The notes beneath the pieces are model-generated. The model searched no databases. It was not told the origin of the DNA and worked only from the letters and a program-made list of their open reading frames with translations. The position numbers were made by a program, and so were the translations under genes. From Candidatus Limnocylindria bacterium (lineage in GTDB: Bacteria; Chloroflexota; Limnocylindria; P2-11E), in the NCBI GenBank assembly GCA_036394215.1, contig DASWFN010000072.1:1-40021 (forward strand): 40,021 nt of DNA. Direction: 5' to 3'. The first letter of the stretch is position 1. Every line of letters begins with the position of its first letter. This document shows positions 8,452 to 16,451 of this stretch, piece after piece.

Positions 8452-10110
8452 CTAGCCGTCGATCCAGATCGAGGTGAAGCGCTCGTTCTGGTAGTGCGGC
8501 ATCCGCACGTTCTTGAGCCGCGGGTTGATCACCTTGTGCACCGGCCGGCTGCCGATCGGGACCGCGACCATGTCCTGATGGAGGAGCTCCTGCGCCTGAT
8601 CGATGATCGCCTTCCGCTTGGCCGGGTCGAGCTCCTGCTGCTCCTGCGCACACAGCTTGTCGAATGCGGGGTTGCTGTAGCCCCAGGTGTTGAGCGGTCC
8701 CGTGGTGGACCAGTAGCGCGACAGCCAGTCGTCGATCTCGAAGCTGGTGCTGTGGATGTAGAAGGAGAGATCGAACTTCCCGGCCGCGATCGTCGCCATC
8801 CCGGTGGGCACGTTCGGCGGTGTCGTGATCTTGACCTTGAAGCCAAGGTCGGTGAGCTGGCTCGCGATCACCTGGGACTCGTTGGCGCCGGGTGAGTTCT
8901 GCGCGAGCTCGATGGTCATCCCGGCGACGCCCAGGTCCTGCAGCTGCTTCTGCGCGGCCTGCTTGTCGAACGGGTAGCGCTGCTTTATCTTGTCGAGCGA
9001 CCACGCGTAGTCGGTCAGCGGCACCGGGACCACCCCGGAGCGGATCGGGTCCCCGAACTGGCCGGCGGCGATGACCTCGTCCTTGTCGATGCCGAGGGCG
9101 ATCGCGCGCCGCACCTTGACGTCATTCCAGGGCGCCTTCTTCATGTTGAACTCGATCCCGGTGAAGTTCGCGAGCTGCCCATCCCAGTACACGAGATCGG
9201 GCCGGTCCTTCTTCACGTCACGCAGCGAGAGCACGTCGAGGCTCACCACGCCAGGGCCCATGTAGTCCACCTGTCCGGCGCGGATGGCCGCATTGATGCC
9301 GGCCTGGTCCGGATAGTTGAAGACCTTGTAGGCGGCCATGTACGGGAGGGGCTTCCCGTCGGCTCCCATCTGCCAGTAGTCGGGGTTCGGCTTGAAGCTC
9401 ATCAGGCTGCCGCGGTCCCACTTGTCGACCATCCAGGCCCCGGTGCCGACGGCGACGTCCTTGAAGTTGCCGTACTTGTCGAAGATCTCGTGCGGCAGGA
9501 TCACGAAGTCGTGGGCCAGCGTGACGGGCAGGAACGGCGCGTACGGATTCTTCAGCGTGAAGACGATCGTGTAGCTGTCGGGGACCGCGATCTTGTCGAC
9601 GATCGTGTACTTGCTCTTGAGGACGGAGTTGGCGGCGAAGTGCCGGTACGTCCACGCGACGTCCTCGGCCACGAGCTCGCGGCCGTTCACCGGCGGCAGG
9701 TTCTGCCAGCGCACGCCCTTGCGCAGGTGGAACGTCCAGGTGAGACCGTCCTTCGTCGTCTCCCACGACTCCGCGAGGCCCGGGGCCTTCTCGGTGTCGC
9801 CGAACGTGGACCCGCGCTCGGCCAGCAGGTACTCGTACGGTCCCATCCAGCCGCCCGCCCAGGGCAGCAGCCCGCCGAGCACCGGGTCCCAGTTCGGCGG
9901 TTCCGCCGCGGCGCCGGCGAGCGCCATGCTGAGGGTGCCGCCACGCTTCGGGGCCCCGGCGCCGGGGATGAGGAATCCGGCGTTGCTCCCGATCGCGCCG
10001 CTCGGCGTGATGGTCGAGCCCGGCGCGCAGGCCTCGATCAGGGCGAGGGCCCCGAGGCCGCCGACCGCTTTCAGGAATGTCCGACGGCTCAGACCGATGC
10101 GATCGTCCAT
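8452..10110 (-). CDS. ABC transporter substrate-binding lipoprotein, family 5
   Basis: N-terminus MDDRIGLSRRTFLKAVGGLGALALIEAC has a Tat motif plus a lipobox. The ATG at 10110 follows a GGGAGAGGG RBS. About 80% identical to the SBP at 21009..22670. It is followed on the same strand, after a 3-nt gap, by the hydratase pair. Confidence 0.9.
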   Translation of the reverse strand: MDDRIGLSRRTFLKAVGGLGALALIEACAPGSTITPSGAIGSNAGFLIPGAGAPKRGGTLSMALAGAAAEPPNWDPVLGGLLPWAGGWMGPYEYLLAERGSTFGDTEKAPGLAESWETTKDGLTWTFHLRKGVRWQNLPPVNGRELVAEDVAWTYRHFAANSVLKSKYTIVDKIAVPDSYTIVFTLKNPYAPFLPVTLAHDFVILPHEIFDKYGNFKDVAVGTGAWMVDKWDRGSLMSFKPNPDYWQMGADGKPLPYMAAYKVFNYPDQAGINAAIRAGQVDYMGPGVVSLDVLSLRDVKKDRPDLVYWDGQLANFTGIEFNMKKAPWNDVKVRRAIALGIDKDEVIAAGQFGDPIRSGVVPVPLTDYAWSLDKIKQRYPFDKQAAQKQLQDLGVAGMTIELAQNSPGANESQVIASQLTDLGFKVKITTPPNVPTGMATIAAGKFDLSFYIHSTSFEIDDWLSRYWSTTGPLNTWGYSNPAFDKLCAQEQQELDPAKRKAIIDQAQELLHQDMVAVPIGSRPVHKVINPRLKNVRMPHYQNERFTSIWIDG

Positions 10111-10139
10111 GTCACCCTCTCCCACGCTCCGCTGTCGCG

Positions 10140-10190
10140 GTTCTAGCAGCGCGCCAGAGGTGGGTCAATTGTCCTATGAAAGTCGAACGA
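10140..10190 (-). promoter_or_regulatory. Promoter module: box TCGTTCGACTTTCATAGGACAA abutting TTGACC, then 17 nt, then TAGAAC
   Basis: On the minus strand the -35 TTGACC is at 10168..10163, the spacer is 17 nt and the -10 TAGAAC is at 10145..10140. Nearly identical to 20928..20978. Confidence 0.45.
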
Positions 10191-10231
10191 TCCTTGACCA
10201 CCATTGGTCGGTCTTGACTACGATCGCGGAC

Positions 10232-10822
10232 ATGAGCTGGCTCTCGAAGCGGGCGCGCCCGGCGGCCGACGGTACGACGGCCGGCTCCCGCGCCGCGGCC
10301 GTCGCTGCCTTTGCGGAGATCGCTCCGGCGTCCGGACGCGACGCGATCGTCTCCGCCCTGGCGCAGGCGATCGAAGCGGCGCAGCGCGCCCGGCTCGCCG
10401 GCGAGCCCGACGCGGCCCTGATCCTCGCGGCCGCGCATCTCGCCGCCGCGGCGGCCGGCCACACCGAGAGCATCCCCGCCGAGATGGAGATCCGCTCGAT
10501 CGGCCACGCTGCCGCGGCCCTGGCCGGGGCGAGCTCGAGCGCGGGCGAGCCCGGTGCCATCGAGGAGATCGTTCGCGCCCGATTCGCGATCGCGCGCGGC
10601 CGCGTACGCGGATCGATCTATGTGCCGCGCGATGTCGAGTACGCGTTCAGCGGTGACGTCCGGGCGCTGGAGCCGATGGCGCTCGATCCGGCGCGCGCAC
10701 CGCAGCTGCGTAAGCTGCTTGCCGCGGGCGTCGAGGCGGCGCTGGCGAAACGACCCGGCGGGTGGACCGACGCGGACCGTGAGTTCTTCGGACGATTCGA
10801 GGCGGCGGCGCGCCTACCGTAG
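10232..10822 (+). CDS. Hypothetical Ala-rich protein (196 aa), possibly leaderless
   Basis: G/C-rich third codon positions are consistent with the neighbouring genes. The ATG at 10232 lies 7 nt after a TACGAT -10-like hexamer. I recognised no family. Upstream of this ATG, the ORF-track ORF 9593..10822 is antisense to the SBP gene. Confidence 0.45.
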   Translation: MSWLSKRARPAADGTTAGSRAAAVAAFAEIAPASGRDAIVSALAQAIEAAQRARLAGEPDAALILAAAHLAAAAAGHTESIPAEMEIRSIGHAAAALAGASSSAGEPGAIEEIVRARFAIARGRVRGSIYVPRDVEYAFSGDVRALEPMALDPARAPQLRKLLAAGVEAALAKRPGGWTDADREFFGRFEAAARLP

Positions 10823-11581
10823 GTTGCGATCGAAGAAGTCGAGCAGCACCGGCCAGAGGCGGAACGCGGCATCCTCCCGATAGGTCGGCCGGTAGTCCGC
10901 GAAGAAGGCGTGACCCGCTCCCTTGAACTCACGCACCTCTCCGACCTTGCCCTCGGAGATCAGGCGCATGCGCACCTCAGCCGCATCCTCGGCCGACGGA
11001 TGCTGGTCCTCGTCGCCCCGGACGAAGAGCAGGGGGCAGCCGAGGTGGGGCAGCAGATCGATGACCGGTACCGGCCTCGACTCGGTCGTGCGGTGCGTGG
11101 CGTCGGCCGTACGGATCGAGCCGCCCCAGCAGGAGACCGCGCCGTCGAGCGCGTCGGTGCGACAGGCGAACAGCAGGCTCTGCCGGCCGCCGGAGCAGAA
11201 CCCGAGCGCGCCGACCCGGCCGGTCGACTCGGGCCGCGAGCGCGCGAACGTCGCGCAGCCCTCGAGGTCGGCGACGACATCCGCATCGCGGATCCCGTTG
11301 ACCGTCGCGAGCACGCTCGGTAGATCCGCCGCGTCCGGCGTGCCGATCCGCGTATAGAGGTCCGGCGCGATGGCGTTGTAGCCGACGTTGGCGAAGCGCC
11401 GGCAGACATCGCGGATGTGCTCGACGAGACCGAAGCCCTCGTGGATCACGATGATCGACGGTGCCTGCTCCAGGCCGCGGGCGCGCACGTAGTACGCGTT
11501 CAGCCCGCCGGCGGTCGTCTCGATCCGGACGTCCTGCGCGACGAGGGTTTCGCTGTCGAGGACCGCACCTGGGACCTGCAT
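10814..11581 (-). CDS. Dienelactone hydrolase family protein
   Basis: 255 aa from MQVPGAV.... It has IIVIHEGFGL, the GFCSGG nucleophile-Cys elbow and GAGHAFF. It starts 2 nt after the ccr stop codon. The longer ORF-track start at 11887 runs into ccr. Confidence 0.8.
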   Translation of the reverse strand: MQVPGAVLDSETLVAQDVRIETTAGGLNAYYVRARGLEQAPSIIVIHEGFGLVEHIRDVCRRFANVGYNAIAPDLYTRIGTPDAADLPSVLATVNGIRDADVVADLEGCATFARSRPESTGRVGALGFCSGGRQSLLFACRTDALDGAVSCWGGSIRTADATHRTTESRPVPVIDLLPHLGCPLLFVRGDEDQHPSAEDAAEVRMRLISEGKVGEVREFKGAGHAFFADYRPTYREDAAFRLWPVLLDFFDRNLR

Positions 11582-11583
11582 CG

Positions 11584-12831
11584 CTAGCCCGTGCGGCCGA
11601 GCCCCGGTCTCGGAGCGCCGACCAGCACGACGGTGTTGCCGGGTGGCGCCTTGCCCTCGCCCATCTCCCAATGCACCTGCCCCAGCTCGTCGAACGGGAC
11701 GACCCGGCCGAGGCACGGGTCGATCGCACCCTGGCGGACGAGATCGTTGTACGCCCGGGCCTGCTCGTCGTTGACGCCGTGGGAGCCCTGGAAGCGCTTC
11801 TGGCGCACCCAGAGGTAGCGCACGTCGACCATCGCGGAATAGCCGCTCGTCCCGGCGCAGATCACCACCATGCCGCCCTCCTGGCACACGAACATGCTGG
11901 TGGGCACCGTCTCCTCACCCGGGTGATCGAACACGATCGCGGGATTGCGGCGCTCGCCGACGATGTCCCAGATCGCCTTGCCGAAGCGGCGCGCTTCCGC
12001 GGTCCACTTCTTCTGGCCGTCGACGTCATCCCAGTGCGGCGGGATGCCCCAGTGCGAGTACTCGCGCCGGTCGATCCAACCGACCGCGCCGAGCGACTTC
12101 GCGTACTCACCGCGCTCGGGACCGGACACGACCGCGACCGGCCGCGCGCCGCGCCACTTGGCGAGCTGGATCGCCTGCGTGCCGAGGCCGCCCGAGCCGC
12201 CCCAGACGAGGACGACGTCATCCGGCTGGAGCTCGTTGCCCTTCCACCCGAAGAGCATCCGGTAGGCGGTGCAGCCGACGAGGGTCGGCGCCGCCGCCTC
12301 CTCCCAGGTGAGTCGCTCGGCCTTCGGGAGGACCTGGTGGGCCTGCGCGATCGCGAACTGGGCGAACGACCCGAAGTTGGTGTCGTAGCCCCAGATCCGC
12401 GCCGACGCGGAGATCATCGGGTCCTTGCCGCTCTTGATCCAGGGGTCCTCGGCATCCCAATAGCCCGGGTGCACGATGACCTCGTCGCCGACCTTGATGC
12501 CGGTGACGCCTGCGCCGACGCCGTACACGATGCCCGAGGCGTCGCTGCCGCCCACGTGGAAGTCATACGGTTCACCGGCGCGCTGCCGCTGCGCGATGAC
12601 GTCCACCGGGACGCCGCGTGCCGCCCAGACGTTGTTGAAATTGACGCCGGCGGCCATCACGCCGATGAGGACCTCGCCCGCTTTCGGCTGCGGCGTGTCG
12701 ATCTCTTCCAGCCGGAATGCCGACCGGGGGTCGCCGAGGCGGTCCGAGCGCACGACCTGGGCGAGCATCCGCTTCGGCACGTCGCCGATCGGTGGCAGGG
12801 TCCCGATGGTCGCGATCTCCACGGCAGTCAC
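11584..12831 (-). CDS. ccr: Crotonyl-CoA carboxylase/reductase (MDR superfamily, Ccr-type)
   Basis: 415 aa. Ccr-typical segments are present: GVNFNNVWAA, GSDASGIV, IWGYDTNFGSFAQF, VLVWGGSGGLG, VCQEGGMVVICAGTSGY and KRFQGSH. The GTG start is preceded by GAGGTGA. Confidence 0.85.
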   Translation of the reverse strand: MTAVEIATIGTLPPIGDVPKRMLAQVVRSDRLGDPRSAFRLEEIDTPQPKAGEVLIGVMAAGVNFNNVWAARGVPVDVIAQRQRAGEPYDFHVGGSDASGIVYGVGAGVTGIKVGDEVIVHPGYWDAEDPWIKSGKDPMISASARIWGYDTNFGSFAQFAIAQAHQVLPKAERLTWEEAAAPTLVGCTAYRMLFGWKGNELQPDDVVLVWGGSGGLGTQAIQLAKWRGARPVAVVSGPERGEYAKSLGAVGWIDRREYSHWGIPPHWDDVDGQKKWTAEARRFGKAIWDIVGERRNPAIVFDHPGEETVPTSMFVCQEGGMVVICAGTSGYSAMVDVRYLWVRQKRFQGSHGVNDEQARAYNDLVRQGAIDPCLGRVVPFDELGQVHWEMGEGKAPPGNTVVLVGAPRPGLGRTG

Positions 12832-12846
12832 GCTTTCACCTCACGG

Positions 12847-12872
12847 GATAGTTTGAAATCTCCAGAACTATC
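12847..12872. promoter_or_regulatory. Inverted repeat GATAGTTTGAAATCTCCAGAACTATC in the ccr-arsR divergent intergenic region (candidate ArsR-type operator)
   Basis: The outer arms GATAGTT and AACTATC are perfectly complementary over 7 bp with a 12-nt centre. The repeat lies 16 nt from the ccr start and 10 nt upstream of a TAACAT -10-like hexamer (12883..12888) for arsR. Confidence 0.5.
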
Positions 12873-12896
12873 GGCGGCAGGCTAACATACGTGCTG

Positions 12897-13268
12897 ATGG
12901 CAACGCGAGCGAAAGGCACGACCTCCCGGCGGGCTGAATTCGAGCATTACGCCGCCGTGTACGCCGCCCTGAGCGAGCCTGTCCGGATGGAGGTCATCCG
13001 GCTCATCCAGGGCGTCGAAGAGCTGCCCTGCACCGTGCTCGCGGCCACGTTGCCCATCTCGAAATCGACGATCTCGTACCACATCAAGATCCTGTATCAC
13101 GCCGAGCTCATCTCGGTCCGCAAGGACGGCCGCAACTACCACTACACGCTGCGGCGCGACGTCTTCGAGAGCTACGTCCCCGGTTTTCTCGGGCGGCTCG
13201 AGGGCTCGCGCAAGGTCGAGATCGGTCGCCGCCGATCGGTCCAGCGCACCGCGGCAGCAGTCGCCTAG
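12897..13268 (+). CDS. ArsR/SmtB-family winged-helix transcriptional regulator
   Basis: ALSEPVRMEVIRLI...LPISKSTISYHIKILYHAELISVRKDGRNYHYTL is a typical ArsR HTH. The ATG at 12897 lies 8 nt after TAACAT, so the transcript may be leaderless; a GTG at 12891 is an alternative start. Confidence 0.85.
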   Translation: MATRAKGTTSRRAEFEHYAAVYAALSEPVRMEVIRLIQGVEELPCTVLAATLPISKSTISYHIKILYHAELISVRKDGRNYHYTLRRDVFESYVPGFLGRLEGSRKVEIGRRRSVQRTAAAVA

Positions 13269-13277
13269 ATCGCGCGC

Positions 13278-14237
13278 ATGCGCGCGCTGCGGATCGCGGA
13301 GCTGACCGGAGCCGACGGGCTGCGTCTCGAGACCCTTCCCGACCCAACTCCGGGTGACGGCGCGCTGTTGGACGTCAAAGCGGTCGGCATCGGCTACTCG
13401 ACATTGCTCCGGAGCATCGGGAAGTATCAGGACCGCTGGGAGCCGCCGTACACCCTCGACGGCGAGGTCGCCGGCGTCGTGATCGCCGCGCCGGCCGGAT
13501 CGGGCTGGGGTACCGGCGAGCGCGTCGCGGCGCCGAGCGCCGAGGGCGCCGCCGCGGAACGGGTCGTCGTGCCCGCCGGCGCGCTGCTCCGCATCCCCGA
13601 CGACCTCTCGTTCGCCCAGGCCGCCTGCCTGCGCAACCTCGAGACGGCGCTCTTCGCGCTCGACGTGCGCGGCCGGGTGAAGGACGGCGAGACGGTGCTG
13701 GTGCATGGCGCCGCCGGCGGCTCCGGGATCGCGACTCTCCAGATCGCCAGGGCGCTCGGCTGCCGGACCATCGCGATCGTTTCGAGCGACGACAAGGCCA
13801 AGCTCGCCGCGGAAGCGGGCGCCGACCACGTGCTGCGCGCCGACACAGGCTGGAAGGACGAGACGCTGCGTCTGACGGACGGAGCGGGCGTGGACGCGGT
13901 CTTCGACCCCGTCGGCGGTGAGACGATGCTCGACACGATCCGGTCTTTGCGCGAGGGCGGCCGCTGGATCATCTTCGGCTTCACCGGCGGCATTCCGGCG
14001 ATCCCCGCGAACCGGGTGATGCTTCGAAACATCGACGTCGTCGGCGCGTATCGCACCGACTACTTCCGTCGCCACCCCGAGACCGTGCGCGCGATCGATC
14101 GGCGGCTCATCGCGCTCATCGAGGAGGGGAAGGTGCGGCCGATCGTCGGCACGCGATTCCCGTTCGACCGCGGCGCGGACGCGCTCCGGAGCATCGCCGC
14201 CCGCGAGTCGGTCGGGCAGGTCGTGCTCGAGCCTTAG
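13278..14237 (+). CDS. NADPH:quinone oxidoreductase / zinc-independent MDR-family oxidoreductase
   Basis: 319 aa. It has VLVHGAAGGSGIATLQIARALG (Rossmann motif) and a QOR-like N-terminus (MRALRI...). Confidence 0.85.
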   Translation: MRALRIAELTGADGLRLETLPDPTPGDGALLDVKAVGIGYSTLLRSIGKYQDRWEPPYTLDGEVAGVVIAAPAGSGWGTGERVAAPSAEGAAAERVVVPAGALLRIPDDLSFAQAACLRNLETALFALDVRGRVKDGETVLVHGAAGGSGIATLQIARALGCRTIAIVSSDDKAKLAAEAGADHVLRADTGWKDETLRLTDGAGVDAVFDPVGGETMLDTIRSLREGGRWIIFGFTGGIPAIPANRVMLRNIDVVGAYRTDYFRRHPETVRAIDRRLIALIEEGKVRPIVGTRFPFDRGADALRSIAARESVGQVVLEP

Positions 14238-16378
14238 GCGCGCCCGGCCGGCGCGTCGTCCCGCAGCAGGCAGAGGCAGTCCACCGCGACGAAGCCGTCG
14301 GCGGTGAGGACCAGCGGATTCACGTCGAGGCTCCCGAGCCAGGCCGTCGACCCGGCGGCGAGCCGGGACGTCGCGATCAGGATCTTCTCGAGCTCCCCGC
14401 GGTCCCACGGTCGCTGCCCGCGGAATCCCGTGAACAGCTGCGGCGCGTCGAGCTCGTCGATCAGCTCGGCCGCCTCGCGCGGGCCGAACGGCGCGATGCG
14501 CATGGAGATCCGGCGGATCAGCTCGACCATCGTGCCTCCGATGCCGAAGAGGACGAGCGGCCCGAGCTCGGTGGACTGGATGCCGAGGAACGCCTCTCCG
14601 CTCGACTTCAGCTGAGGCTGCACGACGATCGCGGGCGCGAGGCCGGAGCGGGCCGCGAGCGCCTGCAGCTCCTGCACCGCGTCCGCGAGCGTCGCCTCGG
14701 TCACGTTGAGTCGCACCGCGCCAACCTCGCTGCGATGCGCGACGTCGGCGAGCTTGACGACGTAGGGAGCCGGGAACGGGAGCGTCGACGGATCCGGGAC
14801 CGCGCTGCCGTCGAGGACACGGAACGGGGCGGCGGGGATGCCGCTCCCTCGGAGCAGCGACATCGCGGTCGCGAACGGCAGCATCGCGCCTTCGGGGACC
14901 TGCACCGCCTTGGCGCTCGGACGCGCGATCGGCTGGGTGTGCAAGATCGGGAGCGTCGCGCTCCGCTCGCGTCCGCGGGCGACCGCGCGCATCGTCGCCA
15001 GGCCACGCAGCGTGCCGCGAAGTCCGTGGCCGACGCCGACGCCCGCGGTCCGCACGCGCTCGGTCCACGCCGCCGGCTGCGACCCGTCGACCGCTGAGAG
15101 CAGGTGCAGCCGGTCGCTGGACGCCGCGTGCTTCAGCAGCCCGTCGATCATCGTCTTGCCGAACGCCTCGTCGTGGGCGCTCAGACCCCACACGACGAGG
15201 TCGGTGTCGAATTCCGGTGCCGCGTCGAACGCCCGGAAGATCGCGTCCACGCTTTCGGGATTGCCGACCGCGAAGCCGGTCATATCGAGCGGATTCGGGA
15301 TCGTGAGGCCCGGGATGATCGGACCGAGCGACGCGGCCAGCTCCGGCGGCGCGGGCAGCGGCACGTTCTCGGCCTCGCTCAGATCGCTGATGAGACCGGC
15401 GCCACCGCCCGAGGCGGTGATGACGCCCAGGCCCCGGACCGCCGTCCATCGCTCGGTCGGGATCTGATCGAGGAGCGAGGCCCGGTCGAAGAGGTCATCG
15501 AGATCGTGGGCCAGGACGATCGAGTGCTGGCGGAAGGCGACGTCGTAGGCACGGCCGTCGCCGACCAGCGAGCCGGTGTGCGACCGCGCGACGGCTCGCG
15601 CACGCTCGCCGCGCGCGAGACGAAGCGCCAGCACCGCCTTGCCGCCCGCGACCGCGCGATCGACCGCCGCGAGAAGCGCCTGCGGCCGCCGGACCATCTC
15701 TACGATGAGACAGATGACGCGGGTGGAGGGATCGTCCGCGAGGAACTCCACGTAGTCCGCCATGTCCGTCACGGCCTCATTGCCGGCCGAGATCAGAAAG
15801 CTGAAGCCGATGCGCCGCTGCTCGGCTGCGGACATCGACGGGCGGAGCAGGGCACCGCTGTGCGAGATGACGCCGATGGACCCGCGACGGAGCGGGAAGC
15901 TGGGGGTCATCGAGACCCACGCGCCACTGGTGGCGTTGATGAAGCCGAGGCAGTTCGGTCCGAGGACCGGCATGCCCGCCTTCGCCGCGACCGTCGATAG
16001 CCGTTCCTGCAGGGCGGCGCCGGCTTTGCCGGCCTCGCCGAACCCGGCCGCGCCGACCACGACACCACCGGCGTCGATCGCCGCGGCCTCAGCGGCCACC
16101 GCGACGGAGACCTCGGCGTTCACCATCGCAAGCACCGCGTCGACGGGAGCGCCGATCGCTTCGAGCTTCGGGTAGGTCTTGGCGCCGAAGAGCTCGGGAC
16201 GATTCGGGTTCACGAGGAACAGCTCGATGCCCGCATCCGCCATCTTCGTGACCAGGGCCGCGGTACCGGGGTTGTCTCGAGCGCCGACGATCGCGATCGA
16301 ACGGGGATCCATGAATCGCCGAAGCCGCGCCGGGTCCGAGCGCCCATTGGCTCGCCGCGCTTCGAAGACGGTCGTCAC
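14234..16378 (-). CDS. ADP-forming acyl-CoA synthetase (CoA-binding + succinyl-CoA-ligase-like + ATP-grasp domains)
   Basis: 714 aa. It has PRSIAIVGARDNPG, LVNPN, GPNCLGFIN and GVISHSGAL, followed by a C-terminal ATP-grasp-like region. This is the NDP-forming acetyl/acyl-CoA synthetase architecture. Confidence 0.85.
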   Translation of the reverse strand: MTTVFEARRANGRSDPARLRRFMDPRSIAIVGARDNPGTAALVTKMADAGIELFLVNPNRPELFGAKTYPKLEAIGAPVDAVLAMVNAEVSVAVAAEAAAIDAGGVVVGAAGFGEAGKAGAALQERLSTVAAKAGMPVLGPNCLGFINATSGAWVSMTPSFPLRRGSIGVISHSGALLRPSMSAAEQRRIGFSFLISAGNEAVTDMADYVEFLADDPSTRVICLIVEMVRRPQALLAAVDRAVAGGKAVLALRLARGERARAVARSHTGSLVGDGRAYDVAFRQHSIVLAHDLDDLFDRASLLDQIPTERWTAVRGLGVITASGGGAGLISDLSEAENVPLPAPPELAASLGPIIPGLTIPNPLDMTGFAVGNPESVDAIFRAFDAAPEFDTDLVVWGLSAHDEAFGKTMIDGLLKHAASSDRLHLLSAVDGSQPAAWTERVRTAGVGVGHGLRGTLRGLATMRAVARGRERSATLPILHTQPIARPSAKAVQVPEGAMLPFATAMSLLRGSGIPAAPFRVLDGSAVPDPSTLPFPAPYVVKLADVAHRSEVGAVRLNVTEATLADAVQELQALAARSGLAPAIVVQPQLKSSGEAFLGIQSTELGPLVLFGIGGTMVELIRRISMRIAPFGPREAAELIDELDAPQLFTGFRGQRPWDRGELEKILIATSRLAAGSTAWLGSLDVNPLVLTADGFVAVDCLCLLRDDAPAGRA

Positions 16379-16407
16379 GTTCCACCCCTCGGCGTGTTCA
16401 TCCTCAG

Positions 16408-16440
16408 TAGTTCGAGCGAATTCGAACTGTAGTGTAGGCT
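16408..16440 (+). promoter_or_regulatory. Palindromic 8-6-8 box TAGTTCGAGCGAATTCGAACTG followed by a TAGGCT -10-like hexamer (16435..16440)
   Basis: The arms are 7/8 complementary. The box sits in the 73-nt divergent region between the acyl-CoA synthetase start (16378) and the permease start (16452). Only 11 nt separate the -10 from the ATG. Confidence 0.45.
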
Positions 16441-16451
16441 GGCGCCGGGAG

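Larger units (their letters stand above)
8452..10190 (-). repeat. Arm 1 of a diverged inverted duplication (SBP gene plus its 5' leader and promoter)
   Basis: The reverse complement aligns with 20928..22670 through the coding region (identical runs of about 20-25 nt, for example cgctggcagaacctgccgccggt). It also aligns through the upstream leader, including GTTCGACTTTCATAGGACAATTGACC and GGCGCGCTGCTAGAACCGC. Confidence 0.8.

Noticed and set aside
9593-10231. The N-terminal 213 codons of the 409-aa ORF 9593..10822 (+).
   Set aside because: This part is antisense to the well-supported SBP gene and reads as shadow-frame sequence. Only the portion from the ATG at 10232, downstream of the SBP promoter region, is kept as a hypothetical CDS.
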